Below, piece by piece: positions 16,025 to 23,902 of a stretch of DNA of 47,210 bases. Under the pieces are notes generated by a model that searched no databases, was not told the origin of the DNA, and saw only the letters and a program-made list of their open reading frames with translations. The stretch is from a virus (lineage: Duplodnaviria; Caudoviricetes), in the IMG/VR virus record IMGVR_UViG_3300032259_000007, positions 1 through 47,210 of that record. The stretch is one strand, 5' to 3'. Within the stretch, counting starts at the first letter, position 1, and each line of letters begins with the position of its first letter. Made by a program: the position numbers and the translations under genes.

Positions 16025-16285
16025 CTAACCGGAATTACCGGATAGCTGATCGCCTTGTTTTTCGTAGTCTTTCATTCGTGTATAGGGGCAATCAAATGCG
16101 TAACAGGCTTCACAACCGGAATCTGGGATGTCAATATCAAATTCAACCCGTAAATCGTGAATGCTATCATCATGGTAAGCGCAGGCATACGCGCCTTTGA
16201 TATACATATCGCTTTGAATTGAGCGAAGACGATAACCATAAAAAAGCCTATAGCGTATATAGTGGATAATTTGCGCTAACATCAC
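16025..16285 (-). CDS. Hypothetical Cys-containing protein
   Basis: GGGGG RBS; first gene of the leftward string. Confidence 0.65.
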   Translation of the reverse strand: MMLAQIIHYIRYRLFYGYRLRSIQSDMYIKGAYACAYHDDSIHDLRVEFDIDIPDSGCEACYAFDCPYTRMKDYEKQGDQLSGNSG

Positions 16286-16328
16286 TTGCCCCCCGACCTT
16301 CCCTTAGTATGAATTTTTACTTACCATA

Positions 16329-16357
16329 TTGTGTAAAATAGTAAGTTACTGTATACT
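16329..16357 (+). promoter_or_regulatory. Promoter of the rightward accessory operon
   Basis: TTGTGT-17-TATACT in a divergent intergenic gap. Confidence 0.55.
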
Positions 16358-16398
16358 GAGTATATCAAACGTTGTTTTTAATGTCAATTGAGGGTTAA

Positions 16399-16605
16399 AT
16401 GATTTGCACATATTGTCAGTCGATTAAAAATCAAATCATAAGAATAAGAACAATTACGCCAGCAATAGTAAATATAACTTTCGTGTGTCTTCATTGCGGA
16501 GCCACTCATGTTATGAGTCATTCGGTTGATGAAGCCGGAAATGTAACATATATCGAGCAAGTTGACAGCGAACAAAAAAACAGAAAAGGGTTAAGATATG
16601 CCTGA
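16399..16605 (+). CDS. Zn-ribbon small protein
   Basis: CTYC...CLHC; GAGGG RBS. Confidence 0.75.
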   Translation: MICTYCQSIKNQIIRIRTITPAIVNITFVCLHCGATHVMSHSVDEAGNVTYIEQVDSEQKNRKGLRYA

Positions 16606-16930
16606 AGATAAAATTAACTATTGCGACCACGAGGATGGTTGCAACTTAAGGGCGACGTATTATCACGAAAAATCAGATAAGCATTATTGTAATGATCATA
16701 CAGTAATGAAAATAGTTGAATTGATGCGAAGCGTTATCCCGAAACCCGACTTAGTCGTCAAGCCAAAAATTAAGCCCCTTGAAGATAATAGCGTCATGAT
16801 AAGGGGGAACTATAAGTTTCAGCGCGAAATAAGTATTACTGCCACCCCCGTCGACATTGGTTACAATTTTACAGTTGATCAAATCACACTCGAAAACGGG
16901 GAAATTACCCCGCCTGAAGAAGAAAAATAG
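16598..16930 (+). CDS. Hypothetical protein with N-terminal Cys/His cluster
   Basis: C...C...YCNDH; overlapping start/stop. Confidence 0.75.
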   Translation: MPEDKINYCDHEDGCNLRATYYHEKSDKHYCNDHTVMKIVELMRSVIPKPDLVVKPKIKPLEDNSVMIRGNYKFQREISITATPVDIGYNFTVDQITLENGEITPPEEEK

Positions 16931-16942
16931 AAAAGGTTAATA

Positions 16943-17791
16943 ATGCCTAAACAACTAGAACGTAACGAAAAGCGGGTTTTTAGTTTTGGTGGGGGTTGGC
17001 AGTCTTCAGCCGTCTTAGCTTTACAAATTCAGGGGAAATTAAAAATCCCCTTCGACTATTTCGTGTTTGCAAATGTCGGCGACGACTCTGAAGCTCCCGA
17101 AGTTTTTGATTATATAAATAAGTGGGTTCTGCCCGCTTGCAAAGAACATGATATTAATTTCGTTGAAGTGCAAAAAACTCGGTATAAAACCCCTGATACT
17201 ATCATGAATGCAATTGAACGGGAAAACAGAAATATTCCCATCCCCGTTTACATGGCTTCCGGCGCACCGGGAAACCGTAGCTGTACTTTCGATTTTAAAG
17301 TTTCAGTCGTTGATAAATGGATTAGGGTTAACAAAATAACCCACGCGCATGTTGGGATAGGTTTTTCAGCCGATGAGGGTAGACGGGCGGAAAAGAAGCC
17401 AGTCGGATGGCATAACAAACAAGGTAGTAAAAAAATATCATTTCAGAAGAATTACACATTCCCCTTGATTGAATTAGGGATTCGACGACAAGACTGCCCC
17501 GAAATTGTTAAAAAGCTGGGCTGGGATATGCCCGTCAGTTCTGAATGTTGGTTTTGTCCGTTTCATACCAGAAATTATTGGATTGAATTGCGTAAAAACA
17601 ATGTAACTCTTTTTGAAAAAGCAATAAGAATACAAGATAGGTTAAACGAAAAGCGCGGGTATTTAGGAAAAGAGCGCGTAAGTTTACACCGCGACGGGCT
17701 TGATTTGAGGGATGTCCCTAATCAGTTGTCTTTATGGGATAAATGGAGTGACGACGACGAGTCTTGTCAAGTGGGTTATTGCGGACTTTAA
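16943..17791 (+). CDS. PAPS-reductase-like PP-loop protein
   Basis: SFGGGWQS PP-loop, FANVG, RSCT..FK, IGFSADE, FPL, SECWFCPF, C-terminal CxxxxC. Confidence 0.85.
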   Translation: MPKQLERNEKRVFSFGGGWQSSAVLALQIQGKLKIPFDYFVFANVGDDSEAPEVFDYINKWVLPACKEHDINFVEVQKTRYKTPDTIMNAIERENRNIPIPVYMASGAPGNRSCTFDFKVSVVDKWIRVNKITHAHVGIGFSADEGRRAEKKPVGWHNKQGSKKISFQKNYTFPLIELGIRRQDCPEIVKKLGWDMPVSSECWFCPFHTRNYWIELRKNNVTLFEKAIRIQDRLNEKRGYLGKERVSLHRDGLDLRDVPNQLSLWDKWSDDDESCQVGYCGL

Positions 17792-17896
17792 ATTTGAAGA
17801 TGTTTTATTATGGGGGGTCGCACTTGCTCGGCGTGTTTGGTGTATATAATGAAAGTTTTGAAGATTTCATAACACGCTGGGCTTATATTAGCTCTA

Positions 17897-18028
17897 ATGA
17901 AATCAGTAACGGATGGCAATTACACCCCTGAAGAAGTAAGTACCAAGTTGAAGTCCGCAAAACCTTACATTAATGATCAGGCTATTTTAGATTTCATTGA
18001 TTTTGAATTAGAGAAACGAGGCAGGTAA
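17897..18028 (+). CDS. Small hypothetical protein (not in ORF track)
   Basis: MKSVTDGNYTPEE...EKRGR*; its stop overlaps the next ATG; RBS weak. Confidence 0.45.
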   Translation: MKSVTDGNYTPEEVSTKLKSAKPYINDQAILDFIDFELEKRGR

Positions 18029-18177
18029 TGAGTTTTGATTTTAAAACTGAAGGCGCGACTACTGAAGAAATTCAGGTTCCGTTAGACGGCGTTCACACGT
18101 TATCAGAGTATATGCGCTCGACCGGAAAATTGCCCGCCCTTCCATCACCTTATCAGATAACGGTAACTAAGGACTAA
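18028..18177 (+). CDS. Small hypothetical protein (not in ORF track)
   Basis: MSFDFKTEG...VTKD*; GAGG RBS; TAATG overlap. Confidence 0.6.
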   Translation: MSFDFKTEGATTEEIQVPLDGVHTLSEYMRSTGKLPALPSPYQITVTKD

Positions 18178-18179
18178 TT

Positions 18180-18617
18180 ATGAATGATCTTGAAAAGCTA
18201 ATAATCAATTGGTTAAACACCGACCCCGCCGATCGGTTTAGATCGGAGCCAACAATTGCGTTGTTTATGGTTAGGAATTATGCGTTAGGGCATATCAATG
18301 AAGCCGTTGAAATCGTGGCAGGCGGGGCTTCCGAAGTAGAAACACTATCATTGTATAGGGATTATTTAATTCAGTTAAATAAGGTTGTATCTGTTGCCCC
18401 CGAGTGGATATGGATAATAGAGGGACAATTGAAGTTTTTCATTGTAAGGTTTTTCATTCACTCCGTAAGGGGTTTTGAATTTTTCTATTTACCCTTTTTC
18501 AAAGAATTAGCCAAGGAAAAGCGCATTCAAGACGACCCCGCCCTTATGGGCTTTTTGGCTTCAATTCAAGGACTCGATTTTTTAAATATAATGAAAGAGG
18601 CAGAACATGAGCAATAA
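18180..18617 (+). CDS. Hypothetical protein
   Basis: AAGGA RBS. Confidence 0.75.
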   Translation: MNDLEKLIINWLNTDPADRFRSEPTIALFMVRNYALGHINEAVEIVAGGASEVETLSLYRDYLIQLNKVVSVAPEWIWIIEGQLKFFIVRFFIHSVRGFEFFYLPFFKELAKEKRIQDDPALMGFLASIQGLDFLNIMKEAEHEQ

Positions 18618-19161
18618 ACAAAAGATCAGCAAAAACAAACGTTACGACGACCCGACCGCCTTCAGCAAGCGATTCCCAAAAATCCGCAAGCAAGATACAA
18701 GCGCGGACGTAAGTTCTTATTCTGAGTCGATCTTGGGTGTTGATCAGGAAACATATAAAATGGGTAAACTTAAATGTATTGTTTACCGACCCAGTTCCGA
18801 CCGCCCTTTTTACTTCATGTCAGTCGTCGGTAAAGACACTTACCCAACCTGGGACGAAATTGTGTGGTTACGTTATAATCTCATTCCCGACTCGGCGGTT
18901 ATGGCTCTATTGCTTCCGAACTTGAACGTTTATATCAATGATGACAAGACGGGCTATAAGTTCGTATTTACAATGGAACAAACGGGCTGGGCTTTAGACC
19001 CCCGCCCCACTTGCATGAAGTGTAACAGCACTAAAGAAATGAGTCTGACGGGGTATGCAATCACTGAAGCTGAATTTTTATGTCTAAATTGCGACCACAC
19101 GCGATCAATAGATATGCGCGACTGGAATGAGATAAACGGGAACGGGAAACTGGCGAAATGA
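18607..19161 (+). CDS. Conserved-type phage protein (YPTWDE motif) with C-terminal Zn ribbon
   Basis: MSV...YPTWDEI...LLP...YIN resembles a small phage family of unknown function; CMKC...CLNC. Confidence 0.65.
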   Translation: MSNKQKISKNKRYDDPTAFSKRFPKIRKQDTSADVSSYSESILGVDQETYKMGKLKCIVYRPSSDRPFYFMSVVGKDTYPTWDEIVWLRYNLIPDSAVMALLLPNLNVYINDDKTGYKFVFTMEQTGWALDPRPTCMKCNSTKEMSLTGYAITEAEFLCLNCDHTRSIDMRDWNEINGNGKLAK

Positions 19162-19364
19162 AAAAAAGATGTGTTTTGTGCAAAAAAATGATGAATATTG
19201 ATGCTGAACCGGAGGCGACCCACCAGCGTAACCCTGAAACTTTTAGACTCGCGTGGCTTCATTGGCAATGTTTCCGATTCGCCTATGAAGAAATGGAAGA
19301 TAGTAAAAATTTTAACCCCGTTTATTCAAGCCGAACCGAAGAATACGAGTGGCGATTCGATTAA
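19158..19364 (+). CDS. Small Zn-finger-like protein
   Basis: CVLC...HWQC; ATGA overlap. Confidence 0.65.
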   Translation: MKKRCVLCKKMMNIDAEPEATHQRNPETFRLAWLHWQCFRFAYEEMEDSKNFNPVYSSRTEEYEWRFD

Positions 19365-19408
19365 GTGTAAAATCCATGATAAAATAATCAAAAAAAGAGG
19401 CGATTCAA

Positions 19409-19765
19409 ATGACTGAAGACAAGAAAAAAATACTACCCTATACAGCAGAAGAAGAAGCCCCCGCGCCCAAAACTTCAAAAATTACAGCAAGTGAACACGT
19501 CACACAGAAAAAAGAAAACTTTGATTCTGTTGAAGAAGCAAAAGCGTGGGTTATTCGCACTATTGAACAATTAGGCACTTACGGGTTTTTAACTAAATCT
19601 TGGAAGGTAATAACGCCTGAAAAATGGACGGGCTTACATGAATACTGGGTTTATTGTGTTCATGCTGTTGAAGGTCAAGCCATCGTCGTCGGCTCCTATT
19701 ATGACCCTGATCAGCCCGCCGTCCCCCCTACCCCCGAAGATGTATATAACCCATTCTTGAAATAA
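19409..19765 (+). CDS. Hypothetical protein
   Basis: GAGG RBS. Confidence 0.75.
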   Translation: MTEDKKKILPYTAEEEAPAPKTSKITASEHVTQKKENFDSVEEAKAWVIRTIEQLGTYGFLTKSWKVITPEKWTGLHEYWVYCVHAVEGQAIVVGSYYDPDQPAVPPTPEDVYNPFLK

Positions 19766-19794
19766 AAAAACAGGGCTATCTGATCAGATAGCCC
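19764..19794 (-). terminator. Palindromic terminator between convergent genes
   Basis: Perfect 22-bp palindrome GGGCTATCTGATCAGATAGCCC (19773-19794) with a T7 tract on the minus strand. Confidence 0.7.
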
Positions 19795-19802
19795 CGCCCT
19801 CT

Positions 19803-20129
19803 TTATGCTTCCTTCAGCGCGATTACACTGTAAACAGCGTAACAACCGTTAATTAACGGAACCTTCGCAACATAGTAAGGCACTCGTCGCGTGTAACATA
19901 CGTGCTTACACGCGCTGGCAAACCAGTCGGCGGGCTTCCGGTTGTAAATAACCGTCGCCTCTTTGCAAAGATTAAAACTCAAGCGGTTTTTTACATCGCT
20001 CCAAGTTTCGCAATACAAAACGAAGTCCGGTTCAATCGGAAGCCCGACCAGTGTGCTTTCTTGCTGTACTCGAACTCGTACCGCATAACGCGCTGGGCTT
20101 AAGTCAAGGGTTGAAAGTGAATAAGACAT
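19803..20129 (-). CDS. Hypothetical protein behind a structured leader
   Basis: GGAGG RBS; sole gene under promoter D. Confidence 0.75.
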   Translation of the reverse strand: MSYSLSTLDLSPARYAVRVRVQQESTLVGLPIEPDFVLYCETWSDVKNRLSFNLCKEATVIYNRKPADWFASACKHVCYTRRVPYYVAKVPLINGCYAVYSVIALKEA

Positions 20130-20283
20130 TGCTTATCCTCCCGCCCGTTAGGGCATTTTGAAATCCGTCAAATTGCGAATTTCCGATATTTTAGCCCCTT
20201 GGCTTAAAAGCGTTGGAAACGTTTGTTCTCGCGGTATCCCGTCCGCGCTTCTGGTATATGCCCCAGTGGGCTATCAACTAACT
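20130..20283 (-). ncRNA. Candidate structured cis-regulatory leader RNA
   Basis: Four internal hairpins enclosed by GGGGCAU/AUGCCCU, with competing hairpins at both ends. Confidence 0.5.
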
Positions 20284-20338
20284 ATATACATATTGTAATC
20301 CCAAGTGGGGAAACTTGCAACCCCCACTTTCTAGGGGG
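20281..20338 (-). promoter_or_regulatory. Shared-family promoter D (58-bp perfect inverted copy of 42292-42349)
   Basis: TTGCAA-17-TACAAT with operator AAGTTTCCCCACTT; its upstream flank also matches 11490-11526 at 36/37. Confidence 0.88.
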
Positions 20339-20344
20339 TAGGCA

Positions 20345-20432
20345 ACAAAAAAGCGGACACGCCGTCAATAAGTCTCGCGCCCGCTTTTCAGATGATATAT
20401 AGTTACTTGGGTGAAAAGCACTATATACAGTA
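20345..20432 (-). ncRNA. Candidate small RNA ending in an intrinsic terminator
   Basis: TGgTAATAT at 20447-20439; hairpin TATATAGT/ACTATATA; terminator GCGGGCGC...GTGTCCGC-T6; 14 nt complementary to the helicase leader. Confidence 0.4.
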
Positions 20433-20465
20433 AAAACAATATTACCATAGTTTGTATATAAAAAC

Positions 20466-20500
20466 AAAAAAGCGACCCCCGGAATGGGTCGCCTTTTTTG
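20466..20500. terminator. Bidirectional intrinsic terminator
   Basis: A-run, GCGACCC-loop-GGGTCGC, T-run. Confidence 0.85.
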
Positions 20501-20589
20501 CTTACAATAAGCCTTCGCACTAACACTCTAACAGCTATAACTTTACCACTTCTTGCTTAATAATGCAAACAAAACGAGGGCGATTCTAT

Positions 20590-21426
20590 CTAATTACAAC
20601 TGTGAGAACTAAACGCCGACCAGTTCTCATTCGGCGTGGGGTCTAAATCAATTTCAAAATAATAAAACGCTTGCGCGGGGGCGACCCACTCAATATTGTC
20701 GCCAAATGAAACCGAACTGAAAACAAGTTCAAAATATTGACCGTTGATCGCCTGCCGTACTCGGTAATTGTAAGTCCCCTGAATTAAGAAGACGAAATCA
20801 AAACAAAGATTTGAATAATCAGGCGTGGGCAATGGCTCAATAATGTTATATGGGATTTCGGGATTTTGCGGGTACGAATTCAGGATAGTAACCAAATTAA
20901 GCCCCGCCAGTGTATTGTAATTCGGAGTCTGTACACCATACACCGCGTCCCATGTTCGAGCAGAGTACCGCCCCTGAAATGAAATTAACACCCAAGGAGT
21001 ATCCATTTCAAGATAACTTACGCCCAACGGAATAACAATATCATACGGGCGCAATCGTCCCCAGCGTGATGTAACCCATCGGGTATCAGGCTGGATTAGT
21101 ACAGGGTCGTAAGGTGCGCCGTTTTCATCAAAGTAAATGCGCCGTTGTTGCGGGTAATTCCCCCAAACATCCACATTTTCATCCAATGTGTCGCCGTATA
21201 CTTGCCCCGTATCGTTTGTGATTTTTACGAGTGAACAACCAACAGCGCACCCGTCCCTAAAGCCTACAATTTCCACTTCAATAGCGAAGTTTGATAATAT
21301 CCAAGAATAGTCGCCTTCGGGGAATGCGGGGTAGTCAGCTTCTGGGGGTTGTTGGGCTGAAACGGGCGCGACCAATAATAGCAACAATAGAACAAATGTA
21401 ACAATACCTGCAAATTTAGCCTTCAT
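20590..21426 (-). CDS. Secreted protein (moron-like)
   Basis: Sec signal MKAK-hydrophobic-VSA/QQ; GAGG RBS; separated from the late operon by its own promoter/leader. Confidence 0.8.
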   Translation of the reverse strand: MKAKFAGIVTFVLLLLLLVAPVSAQQPPEADYPAFPEGDYSWILSNFAIEVEIVGFRDGCAVGCSLVKITNDTGQVYGDTLDENVDVWGNYPQQRRIYFDENGAPYDPVLIQPDTRWVTSRWGRLRPYDIVIPLGVSYLEMDTPWVLISFQGRYSARTWDAVYGVQTPNYNTLAGLNLVTILNSYPQNPEIPYNIIEPLPTPDYSNLCFDFVFLIQGTYNYRVRQAINGQYFELVFSSVSFGDNIEWVAPAQAFYYFEIDLDPTPNENWSAFSSHSCN

Positions 21427-21447
21427 AACTGCCTCTTTCTATATATA

Positions 21448-21584
21448 AACACAAAACTGGCGAAGGTCTAACCCCCCCCGCCAGCCTGCTCACTTCCCCG
21501 TCTAGTCAGATATAAGGAATATGTGAAGCCTTCTATCAACGGAGAAATTAGATTAAATTTAATAAACCTGATTAAAGTTTACAC
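21448..21584 (-). ncRNA. Putative trans-acting antisense sRNA against the shared TAGTCAGATA leader
   Basis: Own promoter; contains CAUAUUCCUUAUAUCUGACUAGA (21523-21501); terminator CTGGCG...CGCCAG-TTTTGTGTTT (21484-21448). Confidence 0.7.
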
Positions 21585-21589
21585 TTACA

Positions 21590-21618
21590 AGTATAAGCGA
21601 AATTGATTAATTAATCAA
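21590..21618 (-). promoter_or_regulatory. Promoter of the sRNA/secreted-protein unit with an overlapping palindrome
   Basis: TTGATT-17-TATACT; perfect palindrome TTGATTAATTAATCAA at 21603-21618. Confidence 0.75.
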
Positions 21619-21624
21619 CCACTT

Positions 21625-22395
21625 TTATTGCAAAATTATCAGGTTAGGGTCGGTTTCGTCTTCACAAAAACCGGACGGCGCGATCATTACTTCAATGGCA
21701 TGAATACGAACAACAGAACCGCTTAAAAAGCCCGCCTCATTCACCCGCGTCCATAATCTTATAGCGGTGTCAACTTGAAACCCCGCTCTATTCAGGACTC
21801 GCCAGTTAATTTCATAAGTCCCCCGAACACTGGGGAACGATTGAGGCGGAAAAACGAACTCGCCCTCGGTGGTAAAATCAGAAACCGAAATCGCGCCTTC
21901 TAACCAAATGCTAGTCCCCGAAGTGTTCCCCGGAATAACGCCGATCCAGCCAGTTTGCTTAACTATATGGCAAGTTGAATTATCAAAGACCTGATCAAAA
22001 CTTACGCCGAAGTCGCCATCAATCTGTGTAACTGTGATTTCCATCGCGGGGTATTCGTTGCCCCTGAAGGAGTAAAGACCCGTATTCATATAAGCTAAGG
22101 TGTTTTTTTCACCCGCGACCTGCCAGTAATAATAGCCCTCATAATATGAAGCATACCGCCCGTCCTCGGTACCTAAGTCGGTTGTAAACGCTTCCCCGCC
22201 TAAGCAGGGGTTAACGTTTGTGTTGATCAGCGTAAAACCCGACTGGTACGCCCCGAAGCAGTCAGTAAACCCCCGTATTTCTTGCGTCGGCGTTGCTTCG
22301 GGGGCTGGTGTTGGCGTGGCGGACGGGACTTCGATTGTTGTACAGCCCGAAAAAAGAAGAAGGGCTAAAAGAAAGCTAATCAGCTTTGACTTCAT
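21625..22395 (-). CDS. Lipoprotein
   Basis: Start reassigned to MKSKLISF (GGGGAG RBS); lipobox FSGC; Pro/Thr linker; beta-rich domain. Confidence 0.8.
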   Translation of the reverse strand: MKSKLISFLLALLLFSGCTTIEVPSATPTPAPEATPTQEIRGFTDCFGAYQSGFTLINTNVNPCLGGEAFTTDLGTEDGRYASYYEGYYYWQVAGEKNTLAYMNTGLYSFRGNEYPAMEITVTQIDGDFGVSFDQVFDNSTCHIVKQTGWIGVIPGNTSGTSIWLEGAISVSDFTTEGEFVFPPQSFPSVRGTYEINWRVLNRAGFQVDTAIRLWTRVNEAGFLSGSVVRIHAIEVMIAPSGFCEDETDPNLIILQ

Positions 22396-22897
22396 CACCC
22401 AACTCCCCTGCCTGATCAAGACGAGCCGGAACAATTTCTCTGGTTTCATCAGTTGTAATTTTTTCTACAAGTTCAAAGAACTCGTCGTCCGCGTCAATAG
22501 TTGAAATCTTCGCTAAAGGTTTACCAACCTGAACGCCGACTTTAACAACCGCTTGCATTGTTTCATTTAGACCCATGAAAATTTCCCGCCATGTATCAAT
22601 GTATTTTTCATCGGTCTGGGCTTTTTGAAGTGAAGCGGTTAACAGCGCATCGCCGTCCCGCATGAAAACAATAACGCCAATAACAACGACTAACAAAATA
22701 TTGATAGTCCCCGAAACAATAACCATTGTTTTGTCAAAATCTAACGCGGTTACGGTTGCGACCGTTTCAGCCGTTGCTTCAGGGGTTGTTTCTTGCGCCA
22801 ATGCTGGGTTATTTACCAAGAAAATCACAAGAAACATCGCAATAATGGCTAATGCAAATTGCCCAATTATAGAATTATTCTTCAGTAACTTTAACAT
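22376..22897 (-). CDS. Membrane protein (signal peptide plus TM), lysis-block candidate
   Basis: Start probably MLKLLK; ALA/QETTPEATAE followed by a second hydrophobic helix. Confidence 0.7.
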   Translation of the reverse strand: MLKLLKNNSIIGQFALAIIAMFLVIFLVNNPALAQETTPEATAETVATVTALDFDKTMVIVSGTINILLVVVIGVIVFMRDGDALLTASLQKAQTDEKYIDTWREIFMGLNETMQAVVKVGVQVGKPLAKISTIDADDEFFELVEKITTDETREIVPARLDQAGELGDEVKAD

Positions 22898-23276
22898 CTT
22901 CAGCTTCCTTTTCCTTGTCTTCTTCATTTAAGGTTATGCTTTTCTTAATTATACTATGAACCTGTTCAACTAACGAACTTTTTCCGGCTAACTCGTCGTA
23001 TTTGATACCATGCAATGCTTCAATTGCAACAATTTGCAATTCCATCACCCGAATCGCCCTAGAAGTTGACAACGCCGACTTTAATTTAACGACTTCCATT
23101 TCGGCTTGCTGTTTTTCTAATAGTATTTTTTCCCGTTCTTTAACTTCTTCAGGGGTTAATCCCGCTTTGGAGTCCCCCCCGATCAGTGTCCGGTATAGCC
23201 AAATCGCAACAACCGAAGAAATCGCGCCCAGCCCTATCTGAGAACTTAAAACGCCGTTGATTAATTTATCTATCAT
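22875..23276 (-). CDS. Single-TM coiled-coil protein, holin-like candidate
   Basis: N-terminal TM then coiled coil; position after the tail genes. Confidence 0.55.
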   Translation of the reverse strand: MIDKLINGVLSSQIGLGAISSVVAIWLYRTLIGGDSKAGLTPEEVKEREKILLEKQQAEMEVVKLKSALSTSRAIRVMELQIVAIEALHGIKYDELAGKSSLVEQVHSIIKKSITLNEEDKEKEAEDVKVTEE

Positions 23277-23889
23277 CAGATTTCAAACTTCGAGCTGCTA
23301 AAATTCGAGCCAGTCTTTCTTCAAGCGCGACCACTCTATAACCGAATTTAATGGCAATGAGAAAACCCATCGACCCCGAAACAATATAAATTACGGCGGT
23401 TAACCCTACCACGCCAATCCCGCCTGTAAAAATGGCAATGAGCAAGATGGTCGCATAGAGCAACACAACCCCAGTAACTAAAGCTAAGGCGTGTGGATGT
23501 TCAGTGTTAATCAGAACAACCGCCGACAAGCCTAAAAGAATATAGTAATATTCCCACTCTAAATCCAACCCAAACAAGACTTGCTTGTCTAACCATGACA
23601 GGGTGAAAAATGCGTCCGTGTAAATCAGAATAGGAATAAGCATAAGCATGGGAACAACGAAAACAGATAAGGCGAGTCGCGGGGTTAAGTAATCAAGCCC
23701 ATCCCAAAGGGAAGTCCCTATTTTGGCGAATACCCCCTTAACCTGATCGGCGACCCTGTGTACACTAGAATTAACCGCCGTTTTTGCTAAGGCGTTGATA
23801 ACAATCACCCAGCCTGCAAAGATTTCCCAGTAATGTTTCAGGACTTCAAGTCTTTCGTTAATGATTTGTTGCGGTGTTTTATTATTCAT
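23266..23889 (-). CDS. Multi-pass membrane protein, holin-like candidate
   Basis: About four hydrophobic helices; first gene after the tail tip. Confidence 0.6.
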   Translation of the reverse strand: MNNKTPQQIINERLEVLKHYWEIFAGWVIVINALAKTAVNSSVHRVADQVKGVFAKIGTSLWDGLDYLTPRLALSVFVVPMLMLIPILIYTDAFFTLSWLDKQVLFGLDLEWEYYYILLGLSAVVLINTEHPHALALVTGVVLLYATILLIAIFTGGIGVVGLTAVIYIVSGSMGFLIAIKFGYRVVALEERLARILAARSLKSDDR

Positions 23890-23902
23890 TTCTGCCTCTT
23901 TT

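Noticed and set aside
21521-21526. SD plus ATG-TGA minigene on the plus strand
   Set aside because: No plus-strand promoter; better explained as the complement of the sRNA seed.
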